A stretch of 49,081 bases of DNA. Source: Eubacteriales bacterium (lineage in GTDB: Bacteria > Bacillota > Clostridia > Oscillospirales > CAG-272). Positions 18,697-27,516 of this stretch are shown in pieces. The position numbers and the translations under genes were made by a program. The notes under the pieces were generated by a model. It was not told the origin of the DNA. It was given only the letters and a program-made list of their open reading frames with translations, and searched no databases. The number at the start of each line of letters is the position of its first letter. The stretch's first letter is position 1. The stretch covers positions 1 through 49,081 of the forward strand of contig JAZOCO010000043.1 of the NCBI GenBank assembly GCA_045596505.1. The letters are read 5' to 3'.

Positions 18697-19671
18697 TTAT
18701 TTTAAAAGACGCTCAAGCGCAAGTGCTGCGCCCTCTGCAGCAGCAGTATCGGCATTTGCGGCTACACGTGCGCGCAGCCCCATCACGTCGGCAAGCAGCT
18801 GATCCATACCCGAAAGCACACCGCCGCCTGTTAAAACAATACCGCCTCTTGCGATATCTGCGCGCATATCGTCACCCGTTTGCTCCACCACGGAAACAAT
18901 GGCATCCAGCACCGCAGAAAGAGGTGAGCGCAATGCGCCCAGCATCTCGCGCGAGGAGAGCGTGACCACGCGCGGGACCTTGGTGTCAACAAATCTGCCT
19001 TTAACGTCAAGCTTTCGCTCCACGTGTGTGGCAGAAAGGTCGGCTAAGCGGATCTTGATCTGCTCCGCAGTGCGTGTGCCGATATACAGCTTATGCTTAC
19101 TGCGCATATAACGCACGATGGCATCATCAAATTGCTTACCTCCCGTTTGCACCGTGATGTGCGTGACCATATCACCGATAAAGATCATTGCCGCTTCGGT
19201 GCGGGATGCACCCACGTGCACCAGCATTTGCCCTGTTGGAGAGGCAAAATCAAAGCCCGCGCCAAGTGCGGCACAAAGCGGTGCCTCTAAAAGATGCACG
19301 CGTGACGCGCCCGCGCCGAGCACTGCGTCCTCCACTGCGTTAGACTGTGCCTCGGTTAGATCGCACGGAATGGCGACCATCACCTGCGGACGTAGCACCG
19401 TGCGCCCGATGGCGCGCCGCAAAAAAATGCGCAAAATTGCCGAAAGGATACGCTGGCTTTTCACCACAGGATCCCAAACCGGCCAGCATAGACGCAGCTT
19501 ATCAGGGGAGCTGTTGACCATTTTGATGGCAGCATCGCCCGCTTCCATGACCTCGTCGGTATCCACGTCCACCGCGGCAACCGTAGGCTCTCGCAGCAGC
19601 ACGCCGTCCTCAACCGAACAAACGGTCGTTTGCGTGGTGCCGATATCCACGCCTAAGCCCTTGCGAAACAT
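18697..19671 (-). CDS. Divergent MreB/Mbl-family actin homologue
   Basis: GVDIGT, EPTVAA, AEQIKI and IVLTGGG motifs; degenerate catalytic motifs; promoter TTGCTT-17-TATAAT (19734-19706). Confidence 0.85.
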   Translation of the reverse strand: MFRKGLGVDIGTTQTTVCSVEDGVLLREPTVAAVDVDTDEVMEAGDAAIKMVNSSPDKLRLCWPVWDPVVKSQRILSAILRIFLRRAIGRTVLRPQVMVAIPCDLTEAQSNAVEDAVLGAGASRVHLLEAPLCAALGAGFDFASPTGQMLVHVGASRTEAAMIFIGDMVTHITVQTGGKQFDDAIVRYMRSKHKLYIGTRTAEQIKIRLADLSATHVERKLDVKGRFVDTKVPRVVTLSSREMLGALRSPLSAVLDAIVSVVEQTGDDMRADIARGGIVLTGGGVLSGMDQLLADVMGLRARVAANADTAAAEGAALALERLLK

Positions 19672-19805
19672 TCAGCTCCCCCCTTTCTTAGAATACTATC
19701 GTTTAATTATACAACATTTACCCGAAAAAAGCAATGCTTTGACGAAAATTCTCACCATTTTTTAAAAGGCGCACCCTCTTGGCGCCTCAAAAAACATCAA
19801 TGCCG

Positions 19806-20561
19806 TTATTTTTTCTCGGTAACCGCAATACTGACCGCGATGGTTTCCCCCGCCCCGAGGACCGAAGCGCCCTCAGCCATAGCGGCACCTGTTGTGATCA
19901 GATCGTCGACCAACAAGACCCTAAATGATGCGGCATCACCAAGCGGTGCAAACGCCCCCTTGATGCGCTCCATGCGTTCCTTGCGGGAAAGCTCCTTTTG
20001 CGGCACACCATACCCCACTCTCTTGAGAAGGGGACGGTAGATAAGTCCCATCTCGCGCGCGAGGGCCTTTGCAAGCTCGGCGGATTGGTCAAAGCCCGCA
20101 CGTCTTTTACGGAGCTTCGGGCGCGGCAGAAATGTAACCACCGTTTGAGGAAGCTCGCACTCTCCCTTTTCTCGCCTCTTTTGTGCCGCCGCCTCGATCG
20201 CGGCGCGCACACCCGGCGCCAGCTCTGCGGCAAGAAAAGAAACACTTTCCTTTGTCACTTGCTCCTTCAGGCGAAGGATCAGGCGGCCCGCTACGGTATT
20301 ATCGTTCTCGTCCTCATAGCGCGCAAGCTTCACGTGCTGTAGGATCCCGCTTTTCTTCATATGCGGCAAGGAGCACCGACAGGCGTAATAGGAGAGAAAG
20401 CAACGGGGACACGCTTCGTTCAGCTCTTTCGTCCACCTCGCGGCACATCCCTCACAAAGTGGGCTAATCGCCCGTGTTAACCCCGGCTTTCTTAACTTCC
20501 CGCACGACGCACAACGCGGCGGAAAGATGAGTTCCCTTGCCAAATGAAAAAACCTTATCAT
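19806..20561 (-). CDS. ComF family protein (Zn ribbon + PRTase-like)
   Basis: PPRCASCG...CxxC repeats; VLLVDDLITTGA. Confidence 0.88.
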   Translation of the reverse strand: MIRFFHLARELIFPPRCASCGKLRKPGLTRAISPLCEGCAARWTKELNEACPRCFLSYYACRCSLPHMKKSGILQHVKLARYEDENDNTVAGRLILRLKEQVTKESVSFLAAELAPGVRAAIEAAAQKRREKGECELPQTVVTFLPRPKLRKRRAGFDQSAELAKALAREMGLIYRPLLKRVGYGVPQKELSRKERMERIKGAFAPLGDAASFRVLLVDDLITTGAAMAEGASVLGAGETIAVSIAVTEKK

Positions 20562-22804
20562 TCCTCGCCCTTTCCGACAAGCAAACGTGCCGTAAGCCCC
20601 GTGTAGCGCAGTGCCTCTTTATTGTTTGTTACCATTTGCTCGGCGACGTGTCTTTTCCCGACCAGCACCACCATTTTCTGTGCGCGCGTGACGGCGGTGT
20701 AAAGAAGATTGCGCGTCAGGAGCATCGGGGCGGCACTTCCAAGTGGCAGGATCACCACGGGATATTCACTGCCCTGGCTCTTATGTACGGTCACGGCATA
20801 CGCGAGCTCCAGTTCATCAAGTCCTGTAAAGTCATAGATCACGTGGCGGTCATCAAACGCTACCGTAAGACACTTTTTGCCCTGATCGATCTCCTCGATC
20901 ATACCGATATCGCCGTTAAAAACGCCGCATCCCGTTTCCTCACCGCGTTCCCATTGCAGATCGTAATTGTTGCGGATCTGCATCACGCGATCACCCTCGC
21001 GAAAAACGATGTCCCTTACCTTATGCTCACGCTTATACCCCGCGGGTGGATTGAGTGTTTCCTGCAATTGACGGTTGAGATTTTCCGTACCCGCCTCGCC
21101 CTTGCGTGAGGGACAGATCACTTGAATGCCTCCCACGATCTCAGTACCGTATGCGCGTGGCAATCTATTCTTACAAAGATCCCCTATGGTGGCGGCGATC
21201 TCACCGTCACTTGTCCGCGGAAGATAGAAAAAATCCCCGTTCTTTGCATCAAGCCTTGGCATTTCGCCACGGTTGATGGCGTGCGCGTTGGTCACAATAA
21301 GACTGTCCTGTGCTTGCCTGAATATTTCTGTGAGCGCCACGGTGGCAAAGCGCCCCGAAGCGATCACGTCACGCAAAACATTGCCTGCACCAACCGATGG
21401 GAGCTGATTGGCGTCACCCACCAAAATAAGCCTTGCACCCGGCTTGATAGCGGCAAGAAGTGCCGCCGCAAGCGACGCATCCAGCATAGAGCTTTCATCC
21501 ACAATGATGGCGTCCTCATCAAGCAGATTGCGCTCGTTGCGCAAAAACTCGGCTTTTTTTGCACCGTTATAGGTCATTTCAAGCAAACGATGCACTGTTT
21601 TTGCCTCGGCACCCGTTGCCTCGGACAGGCGCTTTGCGGCACGCCCGGTGGGAGCCGAGAGCGCCACGCGCAATCCCATACTGTTAAAGATACGCAAAAG
21701 CGCACGCACAACAGTGGTCTTACCCGTGCCGGGGCCACCTGTTAGGATCATCACACCGTTTTCAAGCGCACCTGCAATGGCGTGCTTTTGCAGCTCTGCA
21801 TATCCGATCGCACAAAGGCGCTCCTCTCTTGCAATAAATCCCGCCACATCCGTGTTCTCAATAGCAACACAGCTGCGGTCGATCATCACAAGCTTTTCCG
21901 CAATGCTGCGCTCGGTGAGATAAGATGCGTGATCGTAAACAAGGGTGGTTCGCCCCTCCTTCGTGCGCGTATGTATGCGGCGCAGCCTTCCCTCACGGCG
22001 AAGCTCGCAAGCCGCCTCAACCACAAGCGACACATCCACCTCAAGCAATGCCGCGGCAGCCTCGTGCAGCATTTCCTCGGGCAGGCAAACGTGTCCGTGC
22101 TGTGTGGCGTTATAGGTAAGTGTATAGAGAATACCGCTTTTTACGCGCGCCATTCCTCCACGATCCATACCGAGCTGCTCTGCCATCATATCCGCTTTTT
22201 CAAAGCCGATCCCCTCGATCTCCTCGCAAAGCGCATACGGATTCTCCTTGGCGCGTGCCACGGCACCAATGCCCCAAGCATTATAGATGCGGACTGTGAG
22301 CGTTACCCCAAAGAACTCGCGAAAGAACAGCATTGCCTCGCGCACGCCCGCTTGGCGGCGGAATTCCTCTGAGATCTGCTCTGCAAGACGGCGATTGATG
22401 CCGGAGATCTGGGTGAGCCAATCGGGATGATTTTCGATCACATCGAAGGTATCCTCGCCAAAAAGCTCCACGATCCTTTGTGCTTTTTTCGCACCAACGC
22501 CCTTAATGACGCCCGATGAAAGATAGCGCAAGATCGCCGCGCTATCCGACGGCAGACGCTTTTCAAAGTGCTGTACGGCAAACTGTCTGCCGTATTTTTT
22601 GTTATGTACCCATTTGCCAAAAACAGTCAGCTCGTCACCCTCAGCGACAAACGGCATAATACCCACAATGGTGACCAGCTCATTTTCCACCGTACCAAGA
22701 TCAAGGATCGCATAGCCGTTTTCCTCATTCGTATAAATGATGCTTTCCACGCTTCCCACAAGATTTTCCATACCGTCTGTGGGTGTTTTCACATCCTCGT
22801 CCAT
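20558..22804 (-). CDS. recD2: ATP-dependent RecD2-like DNA helicase
   Basis: GGPGTGKTT, APTGRAAKR, VDESSM, GDANQLPSVG, HKSQGSE, LLYTAVTRA and long N-terminal domain. Confidence 0.95.
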   Translation of the reverse strand: MDEDVKTPTDGMENLVGSVESIIYTNEENGYAILDLGTVENELVTIVGIMPFVAEGDELTVFGKWVHNKKYGRQFAVQHFEKRLPSDSAAILRYLSSGVIKGVGAKKAQRIVELFGEDTFDVIENHPDWLTQISGINRRLAEQISEEFRRQAGVREAMLFFREFFGVTLTVRIYNAWGIGAVARAKENPYALCEEIEGIGFEKADMMAEQLGMDRGGMARVKSGILYTLTYNATQHGHVCLPEEMLHEAAAALLEVDVSLVVEAACELRREGRLRRIHTRTKEGRTTLVYDHASYLTERSIAEKLVMIDRSCVAIENTDVAGFIAREERLCAIGYAELQKHAIAGALENGVMILTGGPGTGKTTVVRALLRIFNSMGLRVALSAPTGRAAKRLSEATGAEAKTVHRLLEMTYNGAKKAEFLRNERNLLDEDAIIVDESSMLDASLAAALLAAIKPGARLILVGDANQLPSVGAGNVLRDVIASGRFATVALTEIFRQAQDSLIVTNAHAINRGEMPRLDAKNGDFFYLPRTSDGEIAATIGDLCKNRLPRAYGTEIVGGIQVICPSRKGEAGTENLNRQLQETLNPPAGYKREHKVRDIVFREGDRVMQIRNNYDLQWERGEETGCGVFNGDIGMIEEIDQGKKCLTVAFDDRHVIYDFTGLDELELAYAVTVHKSQGSEYPVVILPLGSAAPMLLTRNLLYTAVTRAQKMVVLVGKRHVAEQMVTNNKEALRYTGLTARLLVGKGEE

Positions 22805-22816
22805 TGCGACCCTCCT

Positions 22817-23116
22817 TTACTCTTTTTTGATACAGCACATAGCGCCAAGCGCTGTAAAGATATTTATCAGCTCCTGCGCGTTTTCTACCGTACTGTCGAT
22901 CATGACGACCACGCGCCGATAAGAAATCGCAAAGCCTGCATCCCTTGCGCGCCACAAAAGGCTTGCCGCCTCCTCGTGCGTGAGTGATCGATCGACCAAC
23001 ACCGCAAGAGTGACCTCCTTTGGCACGAACAAATAAATACAAAGCAACCGCACCGCCGCATAAAGACCAAACACGGCGAACAGTGAGAACAGGATCTCAG
23101 CAAGTATCTTTACCAT
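22817..23116 (-). CDS. Hypothetical protein with N-terminal TM helix
   Basis: GAGGGGG RBS; fills the metK-recD2 gap. Confidence 0.7.
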   Translation of the reverse strand: MVKILAEILFSLFAVFGLYAAVRLLCIYLFVPKEVTLAVLVDRSLTHEEAASLLWRARDAGFAISYRRVVVMIDSTVENAQELINIFTALGAMCCIKKE

Positions 23117-23188
23117 GTGTCTTCCCCCCTCTGGCTATCGCCCAAGGAAAGTGTATGCAAAGCGGTGCGGGTGTGCGCAAGAGAACCG

Positions 23189-24381
23189 TTATTTTAAGAG
23201 ATCTGCCGCCAGAAGTGCCGCCATATCGCGCTTTTCCCACGGAATGTCAAGATCTTCTCTACCCATATGTCCGTAAGCAGCCACCTGACTATAGATCGGA
23301 CGGCGCAGACCGAAGCGCTCGATAATTGCGGCGGGGCGCAGATCAAAGTGACGCTCCACTGCCTCGGCAATTGCTGCTTCACTGACCTTGCCTGTGCCGA
23401 AGGTATCGATCATCACGGACACGGGGCGTGCAACGCCAATGGCATACGCCACCTGCACCTCGCACTTATCCGCAAGCCCTGCTGCCACTATGTTTTTGGC
23501 AATATAGCGCGCGGCGTAGCAAGCGGAACGGTCCACCTTTGTGGGATCCTTACCCGAAAATGCGCCACCGCCGTGACGTGCGTAGCCGCCGTAGGTATCC
23601 ACAATGATCTTACGGCCCGTAAGTCCCGTATCACCCGCAGGACCGCCAATGACAAAGCGCCCCGTGGGATTGACATAGATAACGGTTTTTTCATCAAGGA
23701 GAGTGGCGGGAATGATCGGCTTTATCACGTGCTCGATCATATCGGCACGAATTTGCTCTGCCTCAGCCTCGGGCGCGTGCTGCGTGGAAATGACACGGTA
23801 TCCACACGCAGGGGCTTGCCATCAACGTATTCTACCGTCACCTGTGTTTTTCCGTCAGGACGCAAGTAAGCAAGCGTGCCATCCTTGCGAACCGCGGTAA
23901 GACGCTGTGCCAGCTTATGGGCAAGTGAGATGGGCAACGGCATCAGCTCGCTTGTTTCGTTGCAAGCATAGCCAAACATCATGCCCTGGTCGCCCGCACC
24001 CGTATCAAGCTGATCCTGCATCTCCCCCACCTTTGATTCAAGTGCCTTATCTACACCCATGGCAATATCGGGAGATTGCTCGTGAATGGAATTCAACACC
24101 GCGCAGCTATCACAGTCAAAGCCGTATTTGGCGCGATCATAGCCGATCTCGCGCACCGTTTCGCGCACGATGGTGGGAATATCCACGTACGCCTTTGTCG
24201 TGATCTCGCCCATCACACACACCATACCCGTGGTGCAAAAGGTCTCGCACGCAACGCGCGACATGGGATCTTGACGGAGCATTTCGTCAAGGATAGCGTC
24301 TGAAATTTTGTCACAGATCTTATCCGGATGCCCCTCCGTAACAGATTCTGACGTAAACAGCATTTTCTTTTTTAACATCAT
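23189..24381 (-). pseudogene. metK: S-adenosylmethionine synthetase split by a 1-nt frameshift near 23795 (possibly an assembly error)
   Basis: [13 protein letters not shown] and GAGDQG in one frame; [17 protein letters not shown] and [10 protein letters not shown] in another; one added base restores VDTVVISTQH. Confidence 0.9.
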
Positions 24382-24391
24382 ACACCTCAAC

Positions 24392-24522
24392 AAAAAATCC
24401 CTCGGCGACCGAGGGAGACAGTAACGCTTCTCATCTCTCGGGATTTAGCACCTTACAAGATTTGCACCTTGCAGGTTGCTGTAGGTTCTGCGGGCCTGTC
24501 CCTCCCCTACTCTTGATGATTT
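24392..24522 (-). promoter_or_regulatory. SAM-I (S-box) riboswitch with terminator
   Basis: ATCAAGAG...GGAGGGACAGGCCC...CAGCAACC...AGGTGCTAAATCC...AGATGA (24522-24428); terminator TCCCTCGG-tcg-CCGAGGGA+T tract; upstream of metK. Confidence 0.93.
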
Positions 24523-24603
24523 ATTAGATTGCTTTATCAGTATAACACAAACCCCTTGCAATTGCAAGGGGTTTATGTCGATATTTTCAGCTTTTTTATA
24601 AAA

Positions 24604-25116
24604 TCAGGAGAAAACAGCAAAGGCGGCGACCACGCCGTATGAGGCGAGAGTCATAATAACGCCTGCCAGCATCACGCCAAGCAAGCAGGAAAGAAGCGCT
24701 TTCCAAAATTTCATATCGATCACGGCGGCAACAAGAGAGCCTGTCCACGCGCCCGTGACGGGCAATGGGATCGCCACAAAAAGGCAAACGCCCCAAAAGG
24801 AGTATTTTTCAATCTTGGCGCGATTCTTTTCCGCCTTTCTCACAAGCCATCCGCCGATCTTGTTAAAAAGACTCACGCGGCAAGAGGTCATCCATGCAAT
24901 GATTTTTTTGATAAACAAGAGAATAAACGGCACGGGAATCATATTTCCCACCACCGCACAAATGTAATTCAGCCACCACGGCATCCCAAGTGCCGCGCCA
25001 AGGGGTATCGCGCCACGTAGCTCGATGATGGGGATCATAGAACAGATCATCACACCAAAGTGTGCACCGAGCGTTTCCGTGAGAAAAAGCTCGATCGCCT
25101 CAATGATAGCGTGCAT
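24604..25116 (-). CDS. Small multidrug export family (COG2426-like) membrane protein
   Basis: SMIPIIELRGAIP and FVAIPLPVTGAWTG motifs. Confidence 0.88.
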   Translation of the reverse strand: MHAIIEAIELFLTETLGAHFGVMICSMIPIIELRGAIPLGAALGMPWWLNYICAVVGNMIPVPFILLFIKKIIAWMTSCRVSLFNKIGGWLVRKAEKNRAKIEKYSFWGVCLFVAIPLPVTGAWTGSLVAAVIDMKFWKALLSCLLGVMLAGVIMTLASYGVVAAFAVFS

Positions 25117-25128
25117 AAAATTTCTCCT

Positions 25129-25839
25129 TTATTTTGAAATACCAAAGCCAAAGGAACCGTCAAAAACCGTGAAAACAAGCACCATTGACGCCCCAATGAG
25201 CAAAATCCCAACTGCCGCGATTATCACGGTAGCAATGCGCCCCTTCGGTTTTGTCACGGCTGCCTTATCATTTGCCACGGTGGTATGACTCGTCAAAAAT
25301 CCGGCACGGTGCAAGGCACGCGACATAGATTTGTAAAGCAGCAGCACAACGCCTACATTCACGATCGCCTTTAGGAGATTGAACGGAAAAAGGAGCGTGG
25401 GGATCATCCCTCGCACTGCATCCACAGTAACACCCATATAAAACGGTGTGATAAGTAAATTGGCAAGCAGCATCACGGCGACCATCAAAGAGGCACCCGA
25501 TACAAGCGCCAGTATTGCACCCTTAAGGGTCTTTTTGTATTTATAAATGAGCGACGCGGTAACTGAAAAGGACACCGAGCCGAGTATGTTCATAATAAGA
25601 CCGTAGTAGCCCGTGGTGCTGACTGAAAGCTCCAAGAGTGGAACGGCTACGGAAATAAAAAGTGCGGGGGCGGGGCCGAAATACAGCCCGCAAAGCGTAA
25701 TAACTGCGTCCTTTACGTCAAGGGTTAAAAACCCAACTTTGATGTGAATCAGCAGCATTACAACGTATGCCATAGCGCAAAACATTGCAATGACTACTAT
25801 GCGGCGGATCATTTCTCCGCTCTTGGTACGGTGCTTCAT
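25129..25839 (-). CDS. ribU: ECF transporter S component, probably riboflavin (RibU)
   Basis: FLTLDVKD, FGP and PFNLLK S-component motifs; FMN riboswitch upstream. Confidence 0.85.
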   Translation of the reverse strand: MKHRTKSGEMIRRIVVIAMFCAMAYVVMLLIHIKVGFLTLDVKDAVITLCGLYFGPAPALFISVAVPLLELSVSTTGYYGLIMNILGSVSFSVTASLIYKYKKTLKGAILALVSGASLMVAVMLLANLLITPFYMGVTVDAVRGMIPTLLFPFNLLKAIVNVGVVLLLYKSMSRALHRAGFLTSHTTVANDKAAVTKPKGRIATVIIAAVGILLIGASMVLVFTVFDGSFGFGISK

Positions 25840-25873
25840 AACAATCTTCCTTTCAAATTTAACACGGAAGGCA

Positions 25874-26046
25874 CAAAAAATCCCGACGAAAAACACGTCG
25901 GGGTATTCGCGCATCTTCTCTCATCCGGACTTTACACGTCCTAAGACGTGGATAACCGTCGGCACAGGGATCTCACCTGTTCGGCTCCCTTTGGAGTTCG
26001 TGGGCTTTCACCACCGGTATGGAATTTCACCAATCCCCGAAAATAT
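25874..26046 (-). promoter_or_regulatory. FMN (RFN) riboswitch with terminator
   Basis: TTCGGGG..GGTGAAATTCC.ACCGGTGGT..AGCCCACGA...GGTGAGATCC...GCCGACGGT...AGTCCGGATGAGAGAAG (26046-25913); terminator at 25903-25874. Confidence 0.95.
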
Positions 26047-26061
26047 TGTATGTAGGATAAG

Positions 26062-26245
26062 TAGGGGCTGTCTCAAATGCCAAGGCATTTGGTCGACAAG
26101 CCCCTATGGTTTTTGTTTGGCGGCTAAACGCCGCCATTTTCACCCGTTTAACGGGTGAAAAACCCAAATTCCCAGCCACAAAAAGCCTACCGTCGCCTTT
26201 TTGTGGCGAAGGGGTGTCTCAAATTTGCAATCTGAGACACCCCTT
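26062..26245. mobile_element. Structured intergenic repeat element (MITE/REP-like), copy A
   Basis: Bounded by GGGGCTGTCTCAAA-like palindromes; the reverse complement of 26101-26210 aligns with 48856-48964. Confidence 0.75.
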
Positions 26246-26273
26246 GTTTATCGATGATCGATCAGATGATCAA

Positions 26274-27476
26274 TTACTCGATGATGGTAGCAACAACGCC
26301 GGAACCAACGGTTCTGCCACCCTCACGGATAGCGAAACGAAGACCCTCTTCACAAGCGATGGGGCTGATAAGCTCAACAGTCATATCAACGTTATCGCCG
26401 GGGCGGCACATCTCAACACCTTCAGGAAGGTTGATGGTGCCGGTAACGTCGGTGGTTCTGAAGTAGAACTGAGGACGGTAGCCAGCGAAGAAGGGCTTGG
26501 AACGGCCGCCTTCCTTCTCGGTAAGAACGTAAACCTGACCAACGAACTTGGTGTGGGGCTTTACGGAACCGGGCTTAGCAAGAACCTGACCGCGCTCGAT
26601 CTCGTCCTTTGCAATGCCACGAAGCAGTGCGCCGATGTTGTCACCGGCCTCTGCCTGAGGAAGAAGCTTGTGGAACATCTCAACACCGGTAACGGTGGTG
26701 TTCTTGGTTTCGGTGGCAAGACCAACGATCTCAACCACATCGCCTACCTTAACGGTACCACGCTCTACACGACCGGTAGCAACAGTGCCACGACCGGAAA
26801 TGGAGAACACGTCCTCAACGGGCATCAGGAAGTCAAGGTCTGCCTGACGTGCGGGGGTAGGAATGTAGGAGTCAACAGCCTCCATAAGCTCAAGAATGCA
26901 CTTGTACTCAGGTGCATTGATATCGGTGCTGGTAGAGGTAAGAGCCTCACGAGCAGAGCCGCGGATGATGGGGGTGTCATCGCCCGGGAAGTCGTACTCG
27001 GAAAGAAGCTCACGGATCTCCATGTCGATGAGGTCAAGAAGCTCCTCGTCAGCGATGTCGCACTTGTTCATGAATACAACCAGTGCAGGAACGCCTACCT
27101 GACGGGAAAGAAGAACGTGCTCGCGGGTCTGCTGTAGAGGACCGTCGGTACCTGCAACAACGAGGATCGCGCCGTCCATCTGAGCAGCACCGGTGATCAT
27201 GTTCTTAACGTAGTCGGCGTGGCCGGGGCAGTCAACGTGAGCGTAGTGACGGTTTGCAGTCTCGTACTCAACGTGACGGGTGTTGATTGTGATACCACGT
27301 GCTCTCTCTTCGGGAGCGTTGTCGATCTGGTCGTAAGCCATGAACTCGTTCTTGCCGTTTGCGAGAGAAAGAGTCTTGGTGATAGCTGCGGTAAGAGTGG
27401 TCTTACCGTGGTCAACGTGACCGATGGTACCAATGTTAACGTGCGGTTTTGTTCTTTCAAAGGTTTCCTTTGCCAT
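26274..27476 (-). CDS. tuf: Elongation factor Tu
   Basis: [32 protein letters not shown]. Confidence 0.99.
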   Translation of the reverse strand: MAKETFERTKPHVNIGTIGHVDHGKTTLTAAITKTLSLANGKNEFMAYDQIDNAPEERARGITINTRHVEYETANRHYAHVDCPGHADYVKNMITGAAQMDGAILVVAGTDGPLQQTREHVLLSRQVGVPALVVFMNKCDIADEELLDLIDMEIRELLSEYDFPGDDTPIIRGSAREALTSTSTDINAPEYKCILELMEAVDSYIPTPARQADLDFLMPVEDVFSISGRGTVATGRVERGTVKVGDVVEIVGLATETKNTTVTGVEMFHKLLPQAEAGDNIGALLRGIAKDEIERGQVLAKPGSVKPHTKFVGQVYVLTEKEGGRSKPFFAGYRPQFYFRTTDVTGTINLPEGVEMCRPGDNVDMTVELISPIACEEGLRFAIREGGRTVGSGVVATIIE

Positions 27477-27516
27477 TGTAGTATCCTCCGTAAATAAAAT
27501 TTTAATTTAGTTATAA

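Noticed and set aside
23785-23805. Programmed ribosomal frameshift in metK
   Set aside because: No slippery sequence or stimulatory structure evident; a simple 1-nt loss explains it
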